The translations under genes and the position numbers were made by a program. The notes below the pieces were generated by a model. It did not search any database. It was not told where the DNA came from and saw only the letters and a program-made list of their open reading frames with translations. A stretch of DNA of 64,000 bases, taken from Myxococcota bacterium. GTDB taxonomy: Bacteria; Myxococcota_A; SURF-8. The DNA lies in the NCBI GenBank assembly GCA_965140415.1, contig OZ223209.1:5184001-5248000 (forward strand). Direction: 5' to 3'. This document shows positions 28,601 through 42,247 of the stretch, one piece after another (positions within the stretch are counted from its first letter, which is position 1; each line of letters opens with the position of its first letter).

Positions 28601-30027
28601 CAAGACTTATAATCATTGTGAATCACGGGTTCTCTCGTACCAATGCACTCCACCCATACACCAGCCTGATCAACTGAATAATGCAGGCCTCTTCCTGCTG
28701 CCTGACATTTGTTTTCTATCGTGTTGGTCGACCAATTCTGTAAACTCAATGATTGCTGATCTTCATTTACAAAATGAAAAAAGCCGATGTCGCTGTCTGT
28801 CAGCATTTCCGCCTGATCCAGGCAGTATTGCAAAATCGTATCGATATCCGCATCTGCCAATCTTTCGGACAATTCAAGACGGGAGCGCAACAATAATTCC
28901 GTGGTCTTCGTTTCGGTAACATCGCTATGCGATCCACGCATGTGGGCGGCATTTCCTGCTTTATCCAGCACAACCGAGGCCTGCGCAAGAATCCAGCGGT
29001 AGGTTCCGTTCTTGTGTTTAAAGCGAAACTCGATCTGAAAGTCCGACCTTGTTTCTTTAATCGAGCGATTGACTTGTTCCCTTACCCAGGGCAGATCTTC
29101 CGGATGAACCCGGCTCTCCCATTCCATGAAATCATCGCCGATTTCACTGTCCTGATATCCGATCTGACTCTTCCATTCGGTGGAGTAGCGTACCTTGTTC
29201 GTTTTAAGATTCCAGTCCCACAAGCCTACATTGGCGGCCTTGATCGCTTCGATTTCGCGTTGGTTCGCCTCTTGAATTTGCGCTTCAGCTTGTTTTCGTT
29301 CGCTGATATCGACATGAGTTCCCACAACACGTATGGCTTTTCCGTCTTCATCTCGATAGGCGGTGGCCCTGGATAACACATCCACCCAATGACCATCTTT
29401 GTGAAGCATCTTGAATTCAGTTTCAAAGCGCTCACGCTTTCCTTGCAGATGTTCGTTCAGGATCTCCCAACTTCGCTTGACATCCTCTTTATTCGTCAAT
29501 TGCTCCCATACCGAGAAATCATTTTTAATTTCATCATCTTCATATCCAAGTATGCGTTTCCAACCGGGGGAAAAATAGATTTCATTGGTGGTCAGGTTCC
29601 AATCGAAAATGCCATCGCGGGAGGCGTCCATAGCCAGATTGAAGCGATCTTCGCTCCTCTGCAACTCCTTTGTACGAATTTCCACCAAAGTTTGCAGACG
29701 TTCTTTATCTAAGGCCACCAAGTGCTGATTCTCAAGTTTTTCAAGTATCACAGCGAGCATGTTGGCAGCATTTTTAATCAACGATAGGGTTTCCGGTGTC
29801 CCTTCACCGTTGGGAGCCTGGACTTCCAGTATCCCGTATTTTTTATTGAATGTAGCAACAGGAACTTGCTGCCGGTTTCCTTCCTCTTTATCCTCCAACC
29901 ATTTCAATGAAATAGGATGAAACAGATCCTGTAGCGCGTCCTGAAATATCGTTTTAATTCGATCGGCAGATGTCTGCTGGCTTAGATTGATCAGCAGCAA
30001 TAACAGATCGTGCGCGGCGTTGGTCAT
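25693..30027 (-). CDS. Cytoplasmic hybrid histidine kinase (multiple PAS/PAC, GAF, HisKA, HATPase, REC)
   Basis: Repeated DITERK motifs; GRLAGGVAHDFNNLL; PFFTTKKEGKGTGLGL; C-terminal receiver LTDIVMP. Confidence 0.95.
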   Translation of the reverse strand: MTNAAHDLLLLLINLSQQTSADRIKTIFQDALQDLFHPISLKWLEDKEEGNRQQVPVATFNKKYGILEVQAPNGEGTPETLSLIKNAANMLAVILEKLENQHLVALDKERLQTLVEIRTKELQRSEDRFNLAMDASRDGIFDWNLTTNEIYFSPGWKRILGYEDDEIKNDFSVWEQLTNKEDVKRSWEILNEHLQGKRERFETEFKMLHKDGHWVDVLSRATAYRDEDGKAIRVVGTHVDISERKQAEAQIQEANQREIEAIKAANVGLWDWNLKTNKVRYSTEWKSQIGYQDSEIGDDFMEWESRVHPEDLPWVREQVNRSIKETRSDFQIEFRFKHKNGTYRWILAQASVVLDKAGNAAHMRGSHSDVTETKTTELLLRSRLELSERLADADIDTILQYCLDQAEMLTDSDIGFFHFVNEDQQSLSLQNWSTNTIENKCQAAGRGLHYSVDQAGVWVECIGTREPVIHNDYKSCLNKKGLPEGHPPVIRELTVPIIQNGKVTAIIGLGNKPTEYTELDVRKVQTLAGLAMDMIGRRRAELALNENKTLLQTQFANSPDLILVINREMKIVSVNRERIGKYTAKELLNSDCIGIMSEGAKKLNRAKVELCFATGEMQEFECQIIKGNWARIRLVKLEKKFDSDRVMLIATDITEAKKAEATIGEKDRLLADIINNVNEGIIVYDTDLNFKMWNPFMERLSGFAEKEVLNQPATELFPFLEKVGVVERLEQALRGEFPPAKEFKARSREGNIIWVSDICGPMRDEQGQVVGVFSTIRDITKRRKMEQSLIDSESRYRLLADNTLDVIWLMDLNLTFTYVNPSIVQLTGFSPEEWIGTNLSDHCDEEEFVKMAEIAGGEMMNDSENRGVVFESVFIKKSGERFPVEIVGKVILDDLGAPIALQGVTRDITERKKAETALQQANALLQAAMDCSPAGIVIADAPDAKIRYANDAALRIKGKGNGQRQDGEETETYIDSWLIHHLDGSICQRDEIPLVRAIKFGETGDRQLVIHRPDEQDRVVWMHAAPILDDTRKAIAGIAVFPDITDLKQAEDENKKLEEQFRQAQKMESIGRLAGGVAHDFNNLLTGITGNVTLALMDLSQGDPLIETLGEIKKAADSAASLTRQLLAFSRKQIIDPKVLDLNQVIKSMHNMLQRLIGEDIDLRTIPKKELGRIKVDPGQVEQVLVNLVVNARDAMPDGGKLTIETGNVVLDEDYCRANSQVEPGDYVMLAVSDNGEGMDLQTQRMVFDPFFTTKKEGKGTGLGLATTYGVIKQHSGHIKIYSELGKGTTFKVYLPRVHEKVEELTRGSVWSGLPMGTESVLVVEDESMVRNIAIKILARQGYKVHHADTGATAIAMVEKDRLNVDLLLTDIVMPTMNGRELATRLTAMNPKLKVLFTSGYTENVIAHHGVLEKGINFLGKPYGPQSLVQKVREVLDSEKSGDV

Positions 30028-30041
30028 TATTTTTCCCCCAT

Positions 30042-30701
30042 CTACTCACCGGGAAGCAGGAACTCCGGAGCATGATTGCGAAGCCAGATCGCCGGATCGA
30101 TAAAGTACGGGTTTTCCATGATCATATCGCCGTTAATGACGTAGGGATGAGTCTGTAACACCTGCATAATCGTCTTGCCTGAAAACTTTGTAACGTTATA
30201 AAAACAAATCGAAATCCAGGGTTTTTCCGGAATGAAGAAATTCAGGCGTGCTTCATACGCCATTAGATGCTCCGCGCCTGGAATCGCTTCCAAAGCCCAA
30301 ACCATCTCCGCAGTGGCACGAATGTTACGCTTTCCCTCTTTCTGGCTCTGCTTGTAAAACTCTTTTAAACTGGTATCCATCTGAAACGGAGAAAATTCAC
30401 CGTCCGGATAATACAGTTCCTTTGTGGAAAAAAATTGAAAGCGTGATTTATCTTTTGTGTGCGACGCGCAATGCGGACAATAGCGAGCGTAGCATTGATG
30501 AAAGTCTTCTTCGGTGCGTTCGGTCGGGCAATATAGCTGCAAATCCCCGGCTAAATCTCCACTGCTTAAAAAACCGAGGAGAATTTCGTCTCGTTTCTTT
30601 TCGGTTTCATACAGACCGGCGATATGCATTCCCCAGTTGCAGGTATACTCGCCAAATCCCAATTGAAGTTTTTCCTGATCCGATGTTTGAATATGCGGCA
30701 T
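30042..30701 (-). CDS. MEDS (DcmR-like sensory) domain protein
   Basis: HIAGLYET...YYPDGEFSP...IRATAEMVWAL...YEARLN...ICFYN...LQTHPYVI...ENPYF. Confidence 0.85.
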   Translation of the reverse strand: MPHIQTSDQEKLQLGFGEYTCNWGMHIAGLYETEKKRDEILLGFLSSGDLAGDLQLYCPTERTEEDFHQCYARYCPHCASHTKDKSRFQFFSTKELYYPDGEFSPFQMDTSLKEFYKQSQKEGKRNIRATAEMVWALEAIPGAEHLMAYEARLNFFIPEKPWISICFYNVTKFSGKTIMQVLQTHPYVINGDMIMENPYFIDPAIWLRNHAPEFLLPGE

Positions 30702-31466
30702 TGTGTTTCTCCCCAGAAGTGAAATGCAGGATTCTCAATTCAGCTTTTCTCGGGTACTGATCGCTCGCACTCCAACAGGACTCCCCCGATACCATCGCAA
30801 GTTTTCTCTGCGCTCAGTTTACTACTTTTATTGCTGATTTCAATACTATTGATTGTCTCTCTTTTTTACCCTATAGTTTTCATTATAATCCATATAATTT
30901 ATCCACTATATTTTACAAACATGTCAGTTATCTCGTAGAATTCTTACTCTGCGTAGGTTCCAGAAACGCTGACATTCAAAATCTCGTTGTTTTCCAAACA
31001 ATTACGTCTCTTGCAATTCAAGTATCAGATCTCCTTTATCTGCATCACAGATCCTTACCAAAGAGTAAGTCCCAACCACAATAGCGACTGGAAAATTGAA
31101 ATTTCTTCCAATGTCACAATGGAAAAATAATGTCATCTTTTTTCTGGCGGGAATGGTGAAATCAGTGATTTTGCCACTAAAAGTGCAAGTTGCTCGATTT
31201 CTACGACTGAATTGGGTGGCGTTTTGCATAACACCAACGGACCGTAAATGACCAGTTACTGCCCCTAAACGCACGTATCCACGCAGTTGGAAAATGGGAG
31301 TTATTGCAGATTTCAGGCGTTTTTCATGGTTCTCTGCAAGTTTCAATCCGTAAGGACACTTGCCTGGTGCTTGTTAGTGTTTGTTAGTGTATGTTTCGTG
31401 TTGATTTCGGTGCAGATGCACATAGGAAGGTGTATGAGGCAGCAGGAGGTACTATCGGCTGATTGC

Positions 31467-31826
31467 TTATTTATTTTCTACTTTTTCACGAGGTCCGAAA
31501 AGCTTCTCCAGACCGACCGCCAAAATGACGTTCCCCGCTCCCACGCTGAAACCGATAAGCGACACCTGCCCCCAAAATAACAGGGCTACAGCCACAGCCG
31601 ACCAGGATAATATCTTCAACGGCAAGATCCCCACAAACACCAGCGGTTTGTCGGGCAGAAGCTTCAATGCAAGTAAGATCGTCGTAACCAGACCGCCAGT
31701 CATAATCGCGCCACCGGAAAGAATACCCGAAATATGAACGCCATAGCCCATCTGCAACGCAACGAGCACCATGATGATACTGATCACCAGGCTGGCGATG
31801 ACGATCCAAATCTGCCGACGATCCAT
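31467..31826 (-). CDS. Four-helix membrane protein, possibly ATP synthase protein I (AtpI)-like
   Basis: 119 aa with four hydrophobic segments; LK.L...V..IGF..G pattern; AGGGAG RBS. Confidence 0.5.
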   Translation of the reverse strand: MDRRQIWIVIASLVISIIMVLVALQMGYGVHISGILSGGAIMTGGLVTTILLALKLLPDKPLVFVGILPLKILSWSAVAVALLFWGQVSLIGFSVGAGNVILAVGLEKLFGPREKVENK

Positions 31827-31923
31827 AGCGACACTCCCTTGACGAGGAAAATTCGACCTCGCACAAGCTACCGGAAAGACTAGCAGTCTGTCAATCTTTC
31901 ATCGGCAGCATAATTTGTAGTGC

Positions 31924-31960
31924 AAAAAAATCCCCCGACTCCAACGAGCCGGGGACGTTC
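31924..31960 (-). terminator. Intrinsic terminator after trxB
   Basis: CCCCGGCTC/GAGTCGGGG hairpin followed by a T-run on the minus strand. Confidence 0.75.
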
Positions 31961-31988
31961 ATTTGTTTTTTTCCGGGATTGCGAGTGG

Positions 31989-32921
31989 TTATTCCTGTTC
32001 TGCCAGCCAGCGTTCGGCTTCCAGCGCGGCCATACAACCGCTACCGGCAGCGGTAATCGCCTGGCGATAGGTATGATCCTGGACGTCACCGGCGGCATAA
32101 ACACCTTCCACGCTGGTTTTTGCTCGTCCCGGCTCGGTGAGAATATACCCGGCTTTATCCAAATCCAGTTTATCTTTGAAGATTTCGGTATTCGGAGTAT
32201 GCCCGATCGCCAGGAAGAACCCCTCTGCCTTGACGTCAAATTCCTCACCGGTTTTCGTATTCTTCAATTTCGCACCGGTTACACCCATCTTGTCACCCAG
32301 CACTTCAATCGGTACTGCATTCCAGATAACTTCGATTTTCGGATTTTCCAGCACACGCTTTTGCATGATTTTGCTGGCGCGGAATTCGTCGCGACGATGC
32401 ACGATATACACTTTTTTCCCGAATTTTGCCAGGTGCATGGCTTCTTCCATCGCGGAATCGCCACCCCCGACCACGATGATATCGCGCTCGTTGTAAAATG
32501 GACCGTCGCAGGTAGCGCAGGCACTGACGCCTAAGCCCATGAATTTCTGCTCACTTTCCAAACCTAAATAGCGGGCAGAGGCTCCGGTGGCAACGATGAC
32601 AGCTTTGGCTTTAATTTCTTTGCTCATCGATTTGATAGCGAATGGACGATTGCTCAAGTCGATCTGGTCGACCGGTTCCGGCACGATTTCCGTTCCAAAA
32701 CGCTGAGCCTGTTTCATCATGACATCCATCAATTCCGGCCCCTGAATGCCATTTTCAAAACCTGGGAAATTCTCGATTTCCGTAGTGGTCGTCAATTGTC
32801 CACCCGGCTGCATGCCCTGAAATAAAATGGTCTTCAAATTCGCGCGCCCGGTGTAAATCGCCGCCGTGTAACCTGCCGGTCCAGCGCCGATCACCGCGAT
32901 ATCATACATAGTTTCCGACAT
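31989..32921 (-). CDS. trxB: Thioredoxin-disulfide reductase
   Basis: GAGPAG, GGQL, CATCDG active site, GGGDSAMEEA, HRRDEFRAS, YRQAITAAGSG; start at MSETMY. Confidence 0.97.
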   Translation of the reverse strand: MSETMYDIAVIGAGPAGYTAAIYTGRANLKTILFQGMQPGGQLTTTTEIENFPGFENGIQGPELMDVMMKQAQRFGTEIVPEPVDQIDLSNRPFAIKSMSKEIKAKAVIVATGASARYLGLESEQKFMGLGVSACATCDGPFYNERDIIVVGGGDSAMEEAMHLAKFGKKVYIVHRRDEFRASKIMQKRVLENPKIEVIWNAVPIEVLGDKMGVTGAKLKNTKTGEEFDVKAEGFFLAIGHTPNTEIFKDKLDLDKAGYILTEPGRAKTSVEGVYAAGDVQDHTYRQAITAAGSGCMAALEAERWLAEQE

Positions 32922-33045
32922 ATTCCGCTCCTTTTGAGAAAGGGTCATAACCAATCGTGCATTAATCATAACGACGCTTTTCTTCGATGCAACCCGAAAA
33001 GCGTTTCAAGCCCTTTTTTATGGAAGAACTTGTTTTTAAAACAGC

Positions 33046-33071
33046 AAAAACCGGGCCGAAACCCGGTTTTA
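33046..33071 (-). terminator. Intrinsic terminator after htpX
   Basis: AAAACCGGG-ccgaaa-CCCGGTTTT. Confidence 0.75.
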
Positions 33072-33092
33072 GAAAAAGTTTCCGTCAATTAT

Positions 33093-33953
33093 TTAATGAC
33101 TCGCACTCAATTGCTGTGTGAGTTCCTGCAACTTGGCGATGCGATCTTCCATCGAAGGATGCGTGCTAAATAAATTCATCAAGCTGCGCCCGGATAGCGG
33201 CGAGGCGATAAACAGATGCGCCGTGGCCGGACCTGCTTCGCGCATCGGGATCTGCTCGGCGGCATGATGAATTTTGTACAACGCCTCGGCCAAAGCCATG
33301 GGATCGCCGGTGATTTCACCGGCAGCACGATCCGCGTGATATTCACGACTGCGCGAAATCGCCATCTGCACGATCAAGGCCACAATCGGAGCGACGATCG
33401 CCATCACCAGCAGCGCCAATCCACTGTCGCCATCCTCATCGCGACTGAAACCACCGAAAATCATTCCCCATTTTGCCATCCAGGCAAGCGAACTGATCGC
33501 TCCGGCCATCGTTCCGGCAACTGTACCGATTAAAATATCGCGATGCTTGACGTGCGCCAACTCATGCGCCAGCACACCTGCCAATTCGCGCTCGTTCAGC
33601 ATGCGATACAATCCCTGCGTAACGGCCACCGCCGCGTGCTCGGGATTTCGTCCCGTGGCGAAAGCGTTAGGCTGTTCACTTGGCAACACGTACACTTTCG
33701 GCATAGGTAAACCGGCTTTTTTGGCCAGCTTTTCTACCAATTCGTAAAGCTGCGGTGCATCCTGACGTCCAACCTCCTGGCCCCGATACATCTTGAGCAC
33801 GATCTTGTCGGAGTACCAATAGGAAAAGAAATTCGTAACGAGTGCAAAACCCACTGCGATCACGATTCCAGTTTGTCCGCCTAACGCACCACCAGCAAAA
33901 ATAAAGATGGCCGTCATAACTGCCATCAATAACCCGGTTTTCAATACGTTCAT
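33093..33953 (-). CDS. htpX: Zinc metalloprotease HtpX (M48)
   Basis: PNAFATGR, HELAH, ISRSREYHAD, FSTHPS. Confidence 0.96.
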   Translation of the reverse strand: MNVLKTGLLMAVMTAIFIFAGGALGGQTGIVIAVGFALVTNFFSYWYSDKIVLKMYRGQEVGRQDAPQLYELVEKLAKKAGLPMPKVYVLPSEQPNAFATGRNPEHAAVAVTQGLYRMLNERELAGVLAHELAHVKHRDILIGTVAGTMAGAISSLAWMAKWGMIFGGFSRDEDGDSGLALLVMAIVAPIVALIVQMAISRSREYHADRAAGEITGDPMALAEALYKIHHAAEQIPMREAGPATAHLFIASPLSGRSLMNLFSTHPSMEDRIAKLQELTQQLSASH

Positions 33954-34072
33954 CTAATACCTCCGTTACTGGTATAACCACCTGGGTCGACAAGTCATTC
34001 CCGACCCGATCGTTTTTCATCCCGAAATAAAACTCGGTTCTTGTATACAGTAAGATCGCTTTCATAAAAAGC

Positions 34073-34108
34073 AAGACGCCCGCCGAAGAACTTTCGGAGG
34101 GCGTTTTG
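34073..34108 (-). terminator. Terminator of the rrn operon
   Basis: GC-rich hairpin immediately downstream of the 5S gene. Confidence 0.65.
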
Positions 34109-34144
34109 TCTGCGCCTTGTTATCAGACGCATAAAAGTAAAATA

Positions 34145-34262
34145 GCTTGGCATCGACCTACTCTCCCACGGAAACAGACCGCAGTACCATCGGCGCTGAA
34201 GGGCTTTACCATCGAGTTCGGTATGGGATCGGGTGTACCTCCTTCGCTATTAACACCAAGCT
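34145..34262 (-). rRNA. rrf: 5S rRNA
   Basis: Conserved CCGATCCCATACCGAAC and GATGGTACTGC...GGGAGAGTAGG; ends approximate. Confidence 0.95.
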
Positions 34263-34333
34263 AAATTCTATGAATAGATCGTTAATTTTACATGTGACTT
34301 GTTCCCAGCCTTAACTTAGCTCAAATCAAAAAA

Positions 34334-37332
<2,999 letters not shown>

Positions 37333-37482
37333 AATGTTGGTCTAAGCCAAGTTAAGGCTCGGAACAAGTCCGATATCATCTCAACCTATTACTCAAATAG
37401 GTGTTCAATGCTCATGTATTATCAACGATCTATTCAATTTTCAAAGATCCATATATGCAGCCGTTACCGGCGTACAATCGAA

Positions 37483-37558
37483 TGGTGGAGGATGTCGGAA
37501 TCGAACCGGCGGCCTCCTGCGTGCAAAGCAGGCGCTCTACCAACTGAGCTAATCCCCC
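37483..37558 (-). tRNA. tRNA-Ala (UGC)
   Basis: GGGGGATTAGCTCAG...TTTGCAC...TTCGATT...TCCACCA; G3:U70 pair. Confidence 0.95.
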
Positions 37559-37620
37559 GCCGACAGGGCCGATGGATTCTCGGTTAAAAACGCTTTCGAT
37601 CAGCTAACCCGATAAGATTG

Positions 37621-37697
<77 letters not shown>

Positions 37698-37861
37698 AAT
37701 CTTTGGCGGAAACCGATTCGGGCGTCAACCCGTTATCCGACCGGTTATCTTCCTACCTTCAGGATTCAAAGAGCTTCCTCGATGCCTGAAAACTGAATAG
37801 CAGATGTGAACTCCGATTAACGGTGCGATTGAGATCGACCAGGATGGTTTGCCAGAGCAAA

Positions 37862-39424
<1,563 letters not shown>

Positions 39425-39498
39425 ATTTAAAAGAGTAGATCCATCAGATACGCTATGCATATCTGAGTTTTCGCAAAAAAACTCAATCACTATGTTCT

Positions 39499-39527
39499 AT
39501 CTGCTATTCAGTTTTCAAGGATCGAGG
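39499..39527 (-). other. rrn leader boxA-like sequence / 5' arm of the 16S processing stem
   Basis: Minus strand CCTCGATCCTTGAAAACTGAATAGCAGAT can pair with the spacer segment 37777-37805. Confidence 0.75.
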
Positions 39528-39545
39528 TACAAGCACGAAATCAAG

Positions 39546-39946
39546 TTTCTAAAGTACTACGCTCCAATTGTCAAGAAAAATTTTTATCCCCGTTCGTTTT
39601 TTTTCAAAGCCCGGTTTTTCAACCGGCGTTGACCTCCAGGCGATCAACAAGGGATTTTCAATTTTCACCCGGTTTGTGTTTCACCCCGTTGGATGATCCG
39701 CTGTTCCGGAGAGCGTCAGAGCGAGCGAGGTTCTATCAAACCTCCGACTCTGCGTCAAGAAATTTTTTGTCCCTTTTTACTTTTTTTTCATCGCCACGTT
39801 CAGACGATGATTGCCGACCTTGATCGCATCGGCTGGGGATATTTGATTTTCAAATTCGGTTCTGTCGTTCGCCCCGTTGGGCGGCTCAAGAACCGATTGC
39901 CTTGAAGCGAGCGAGGTTCTAACAAAACGATTGGGTTCCGTCAAGA
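39546..39946 (-). promoter_or_regulatory. Three tandem sigma70-type rrn promoters
   Basis: TTGACG-N17-TAGAAC at ~39943 and ~39758; TTGACA-N17-TAGAAA at ~39574; T-rich UP-like tracts upstream. Confidence 0.75.
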
Positions 39947-40418
39947 AAATATCTCAACTTTTTTTATTAATTTTCAAACATAAAAATTAATTCATGTTTT
40001 CAGTACGTTACAAATGCGAGGAATCGTGTCTGGAAACGCTATAGATGGGCTAGACGATTAATTTTGCTGGGATTTTGCCATTTAGCCCCATTTTTCCATT
40101 TCATTTTCGAGTTGGTTTCCCTAAAACCCCATCCCGCCCCCAACCTTGCTGTCATTCCACCGCCGAGGGATCGAACAAAACCCCCTCTATAATGGTAGGG
40201 GTCAGTTTTCAGCAAGTAACCCTTATGGCAACAGACAGACTGGCGACAAGGAGCAATCTGCACAATTCCTGTGTAATATCATCATGATACGCACTTCGAC
40301 ATCTTCTTCTGAATCCTTGGTACTTTTAAAGTGATTTTCTCTCCTTCGGATCGTCCTTGCCGGGATGTAGAACATATGCTAACAATCGGCAGGTCATTTC
40401 GTCCTAAAAAACCAGGAG

Positions 40419-41426
40419 ATGCCAATGAGTTCGACTTCGGATTGGGATCAGATCGACCGGGATATTATGGCTTTTCGAAAAAGCAGCACCATTTTAGCTG
40501 CGGTTGAACTTGGTCTGTTCGATCCACTCTACGAGCAAGCTCTCCCTCTGGATCGACTTGCAACTCTGTGCAAAGCTGCACCGAATCGCCTATCCGCACT
40601 GTTGAACTTACTATGCGGATACGGTCTGTTCCAACGCGAAAAGGACTTATATCGGCTCAGTAATGACTATCGACCTTTGTTCGATCCCGATGCAGAGGAC
40701 AACATTCAAACACGTTACGCCCATACCGCACACAATCGTAAAAGCTGGGCATTAATCGCGGATTCATTGCGCCAAGATCTACCCGTATCCGCACTGAATA
40801 CTTCATCACGACGTTCACCCGAACGCATTCGCGCATTTCATAAAAGCCTGGGTTCGCGTAGCTACAGGCTAATGAAACAACTCATTGAACATATTCCATT
40901 TACACCAGGAGCGCGCGTCCTGGACATCGGTGGCGGCTTTGGCGACATGTGCCGTCCATTTCTCGAAGGAGATGAAACCAGTTCCGCCACCCTGTTCGAA
41001 TCCCCGGCGACCATCGCCCAAGCCGATTCGTATCTACAACAATTGGGATTGCAAAAACGCTTTACGTTGCACGAGGGAGACTTCCTGATCGATCCCATTC
41101 CGCAAGGTCATGATGTGACTTTGCTCAGCAGCATTCTGCATATCTACGACGAGCAGACCGGCTGCGATTTACTGCAACGCCTGCATCGAGCATCTGCTCC
41201 TGGCGGTCTGATTCTTATTCGCGAAGTTACGGTCGAACCCGACTACAGTGGTCCATTATCCGGTCTTGAATTCGCCGTCAACATGGCGATCAATACGGAA
41301 TCCGGTAATGCATATGCACAATCGGCCATTCAGGACTGGCTACAGCGAAGCGGCTGGTCGAAGGTACGCACACTATCAGTTGGCGATTCCCCTTATTACG
41401 TTCTGATGGCGGAAAAAGCAGCATGA
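40419..41426 (+). CDS. SAM-dependent O-methyltransferase (methyltransf_2 plus dimerisation domain)
   Basis: AAVELGLFD, VLDIGGGFG, GDFL, LSSILH. Confidence 0.9.
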   Translation: MPMSSTSDWDQIDRDIMAFRKSSTILAAVELGLFDPLYEQALPLDRLATLCKAAPNRLSALLNLLCGYGLFQREKDLYRLSNDYRPLFDPDAEDNIQTRYAHTAHNRKSWALIADSLRQDLPVSALNTSSRRSPERIRAFHKSLGSRSYRLMKQLIEHIPFTPGARVLDIGGGFGDMCRPFLEGDETSSATLFESPATIAQADSYLQQLGLQKRFTLHEGDFLIDPIPQGHDVTLLSSILHIYDEQTGCDLLQRLHRASAPGGLILIREVTVEPDYSGPLSGLEFAVNMAINTESGNAYAQSAIQDWLQRSGWSKVRTLSVGDSPYYVLMAEKAA

Positions 41427-42163
41427 ATCGACCACCCATTATAGGCATAACATGCTCGTTATGGGCGAGTGAAAATACAACTAACGAACCCTTCAAACAC
41501 GACTATCAACGGGTCGGCTCCTCACTGATCGAGGCTGTCGAGCAGGCCGGAGGCGTTCCCATTCTGCTTCCCAGTATGAGCGAATCAGAGTCCATGAAAA
41601 ACATGCTTTCAGCCATCGATGGCTTACTGCTTTCTGGTGGAGACGATCCCGATCCTGCTTACTGGAGCGAGGAAAACCTGTACCCACAGGCCGTGATTCA
41701 TCCGCTGCGAGACGCGGCAGAATTCGCTTTATTGCAGGCTGCACTAGACACTGAGCTGCCGATTTTCGGCATCTGTCGCGGCATGCAATTACTCAATATC
41801 GCACTTGGTGGCGGTCTTTACCAGGACAGTTCTCTGTTTCCACAAGCGAGCAAACACCGTAGCGCAGAAGGCGAAACGGAACTTTTCCATATTGTTCGTT
41901 TTGCCAAGCAATCTCGTCTACATAAACTTGCCGGACAAGCCGAATTATCGGTCAACAGCCGCCATCACCAGCTTTTAGGCAAAATCGGTGACGGTTTGCG
42001 AGTTACGGCTACCGCCCCGGATGGTTGCGCGGAAGCTATCGAAGCCACCGATCCAGCTCGCTATCGGCTAGGCGTACAATGGCACCCGGAATCTTCACTG
42101 TCAGATAAATTTTCATGCCGCCTGTTTTCCGATTTCGTTCAGGCTTGCCACCCCCTGTATTGA
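41423..42163 (+). CDS. Peptidase C26 / gamma-glutamyl-GABA hydrolase (PuuD-like glutamine amidotransferase)
   Basis: DGLLLSGGDD, GICRGMQ, VNSRHHQ, GVQWHPE. Confidence 0.92.
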   Translation: MNRPPIIGITCSLWASENTTNEPFKHDYQRVGSSLIEAVEQAGGVPILLPSMSESESMKNMLSAIDGLLLSGGDDPDPAYWSEENLYPQAVIHPLRDAAEFALLQAALDTELPIFGICRGMQLLNIALGGGLYQDSSLFPQASKHRSAEGETELFHIVRFAKQSRLHKLAGQAELSVNSRHHQLLGKIGDGLRVTATAPDGCAEAIEATDPARYRLGVQWHPESSLSDKFSCRLFSDFVQACHPLY

Positions 42164-42247
42164 CATAGCTCTCACTACGGATTTGTGATAGACTTCAAAC
42201 AGTAGTCGTGACAATCAAGCAGATCATCTATTTTAATAGAGGACACT

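Noticed and set aside
31226-31294. attC-like site (GCATAAC...GTTGGAA)
   Set aside because: Internal pairing is weak, there is a single copy, and no integrase or cassette ORF is present
31002-31580. Short ORFs in the AT-rich gap
   Set aside because: No RBS or recognisable motif, and they overlap each other
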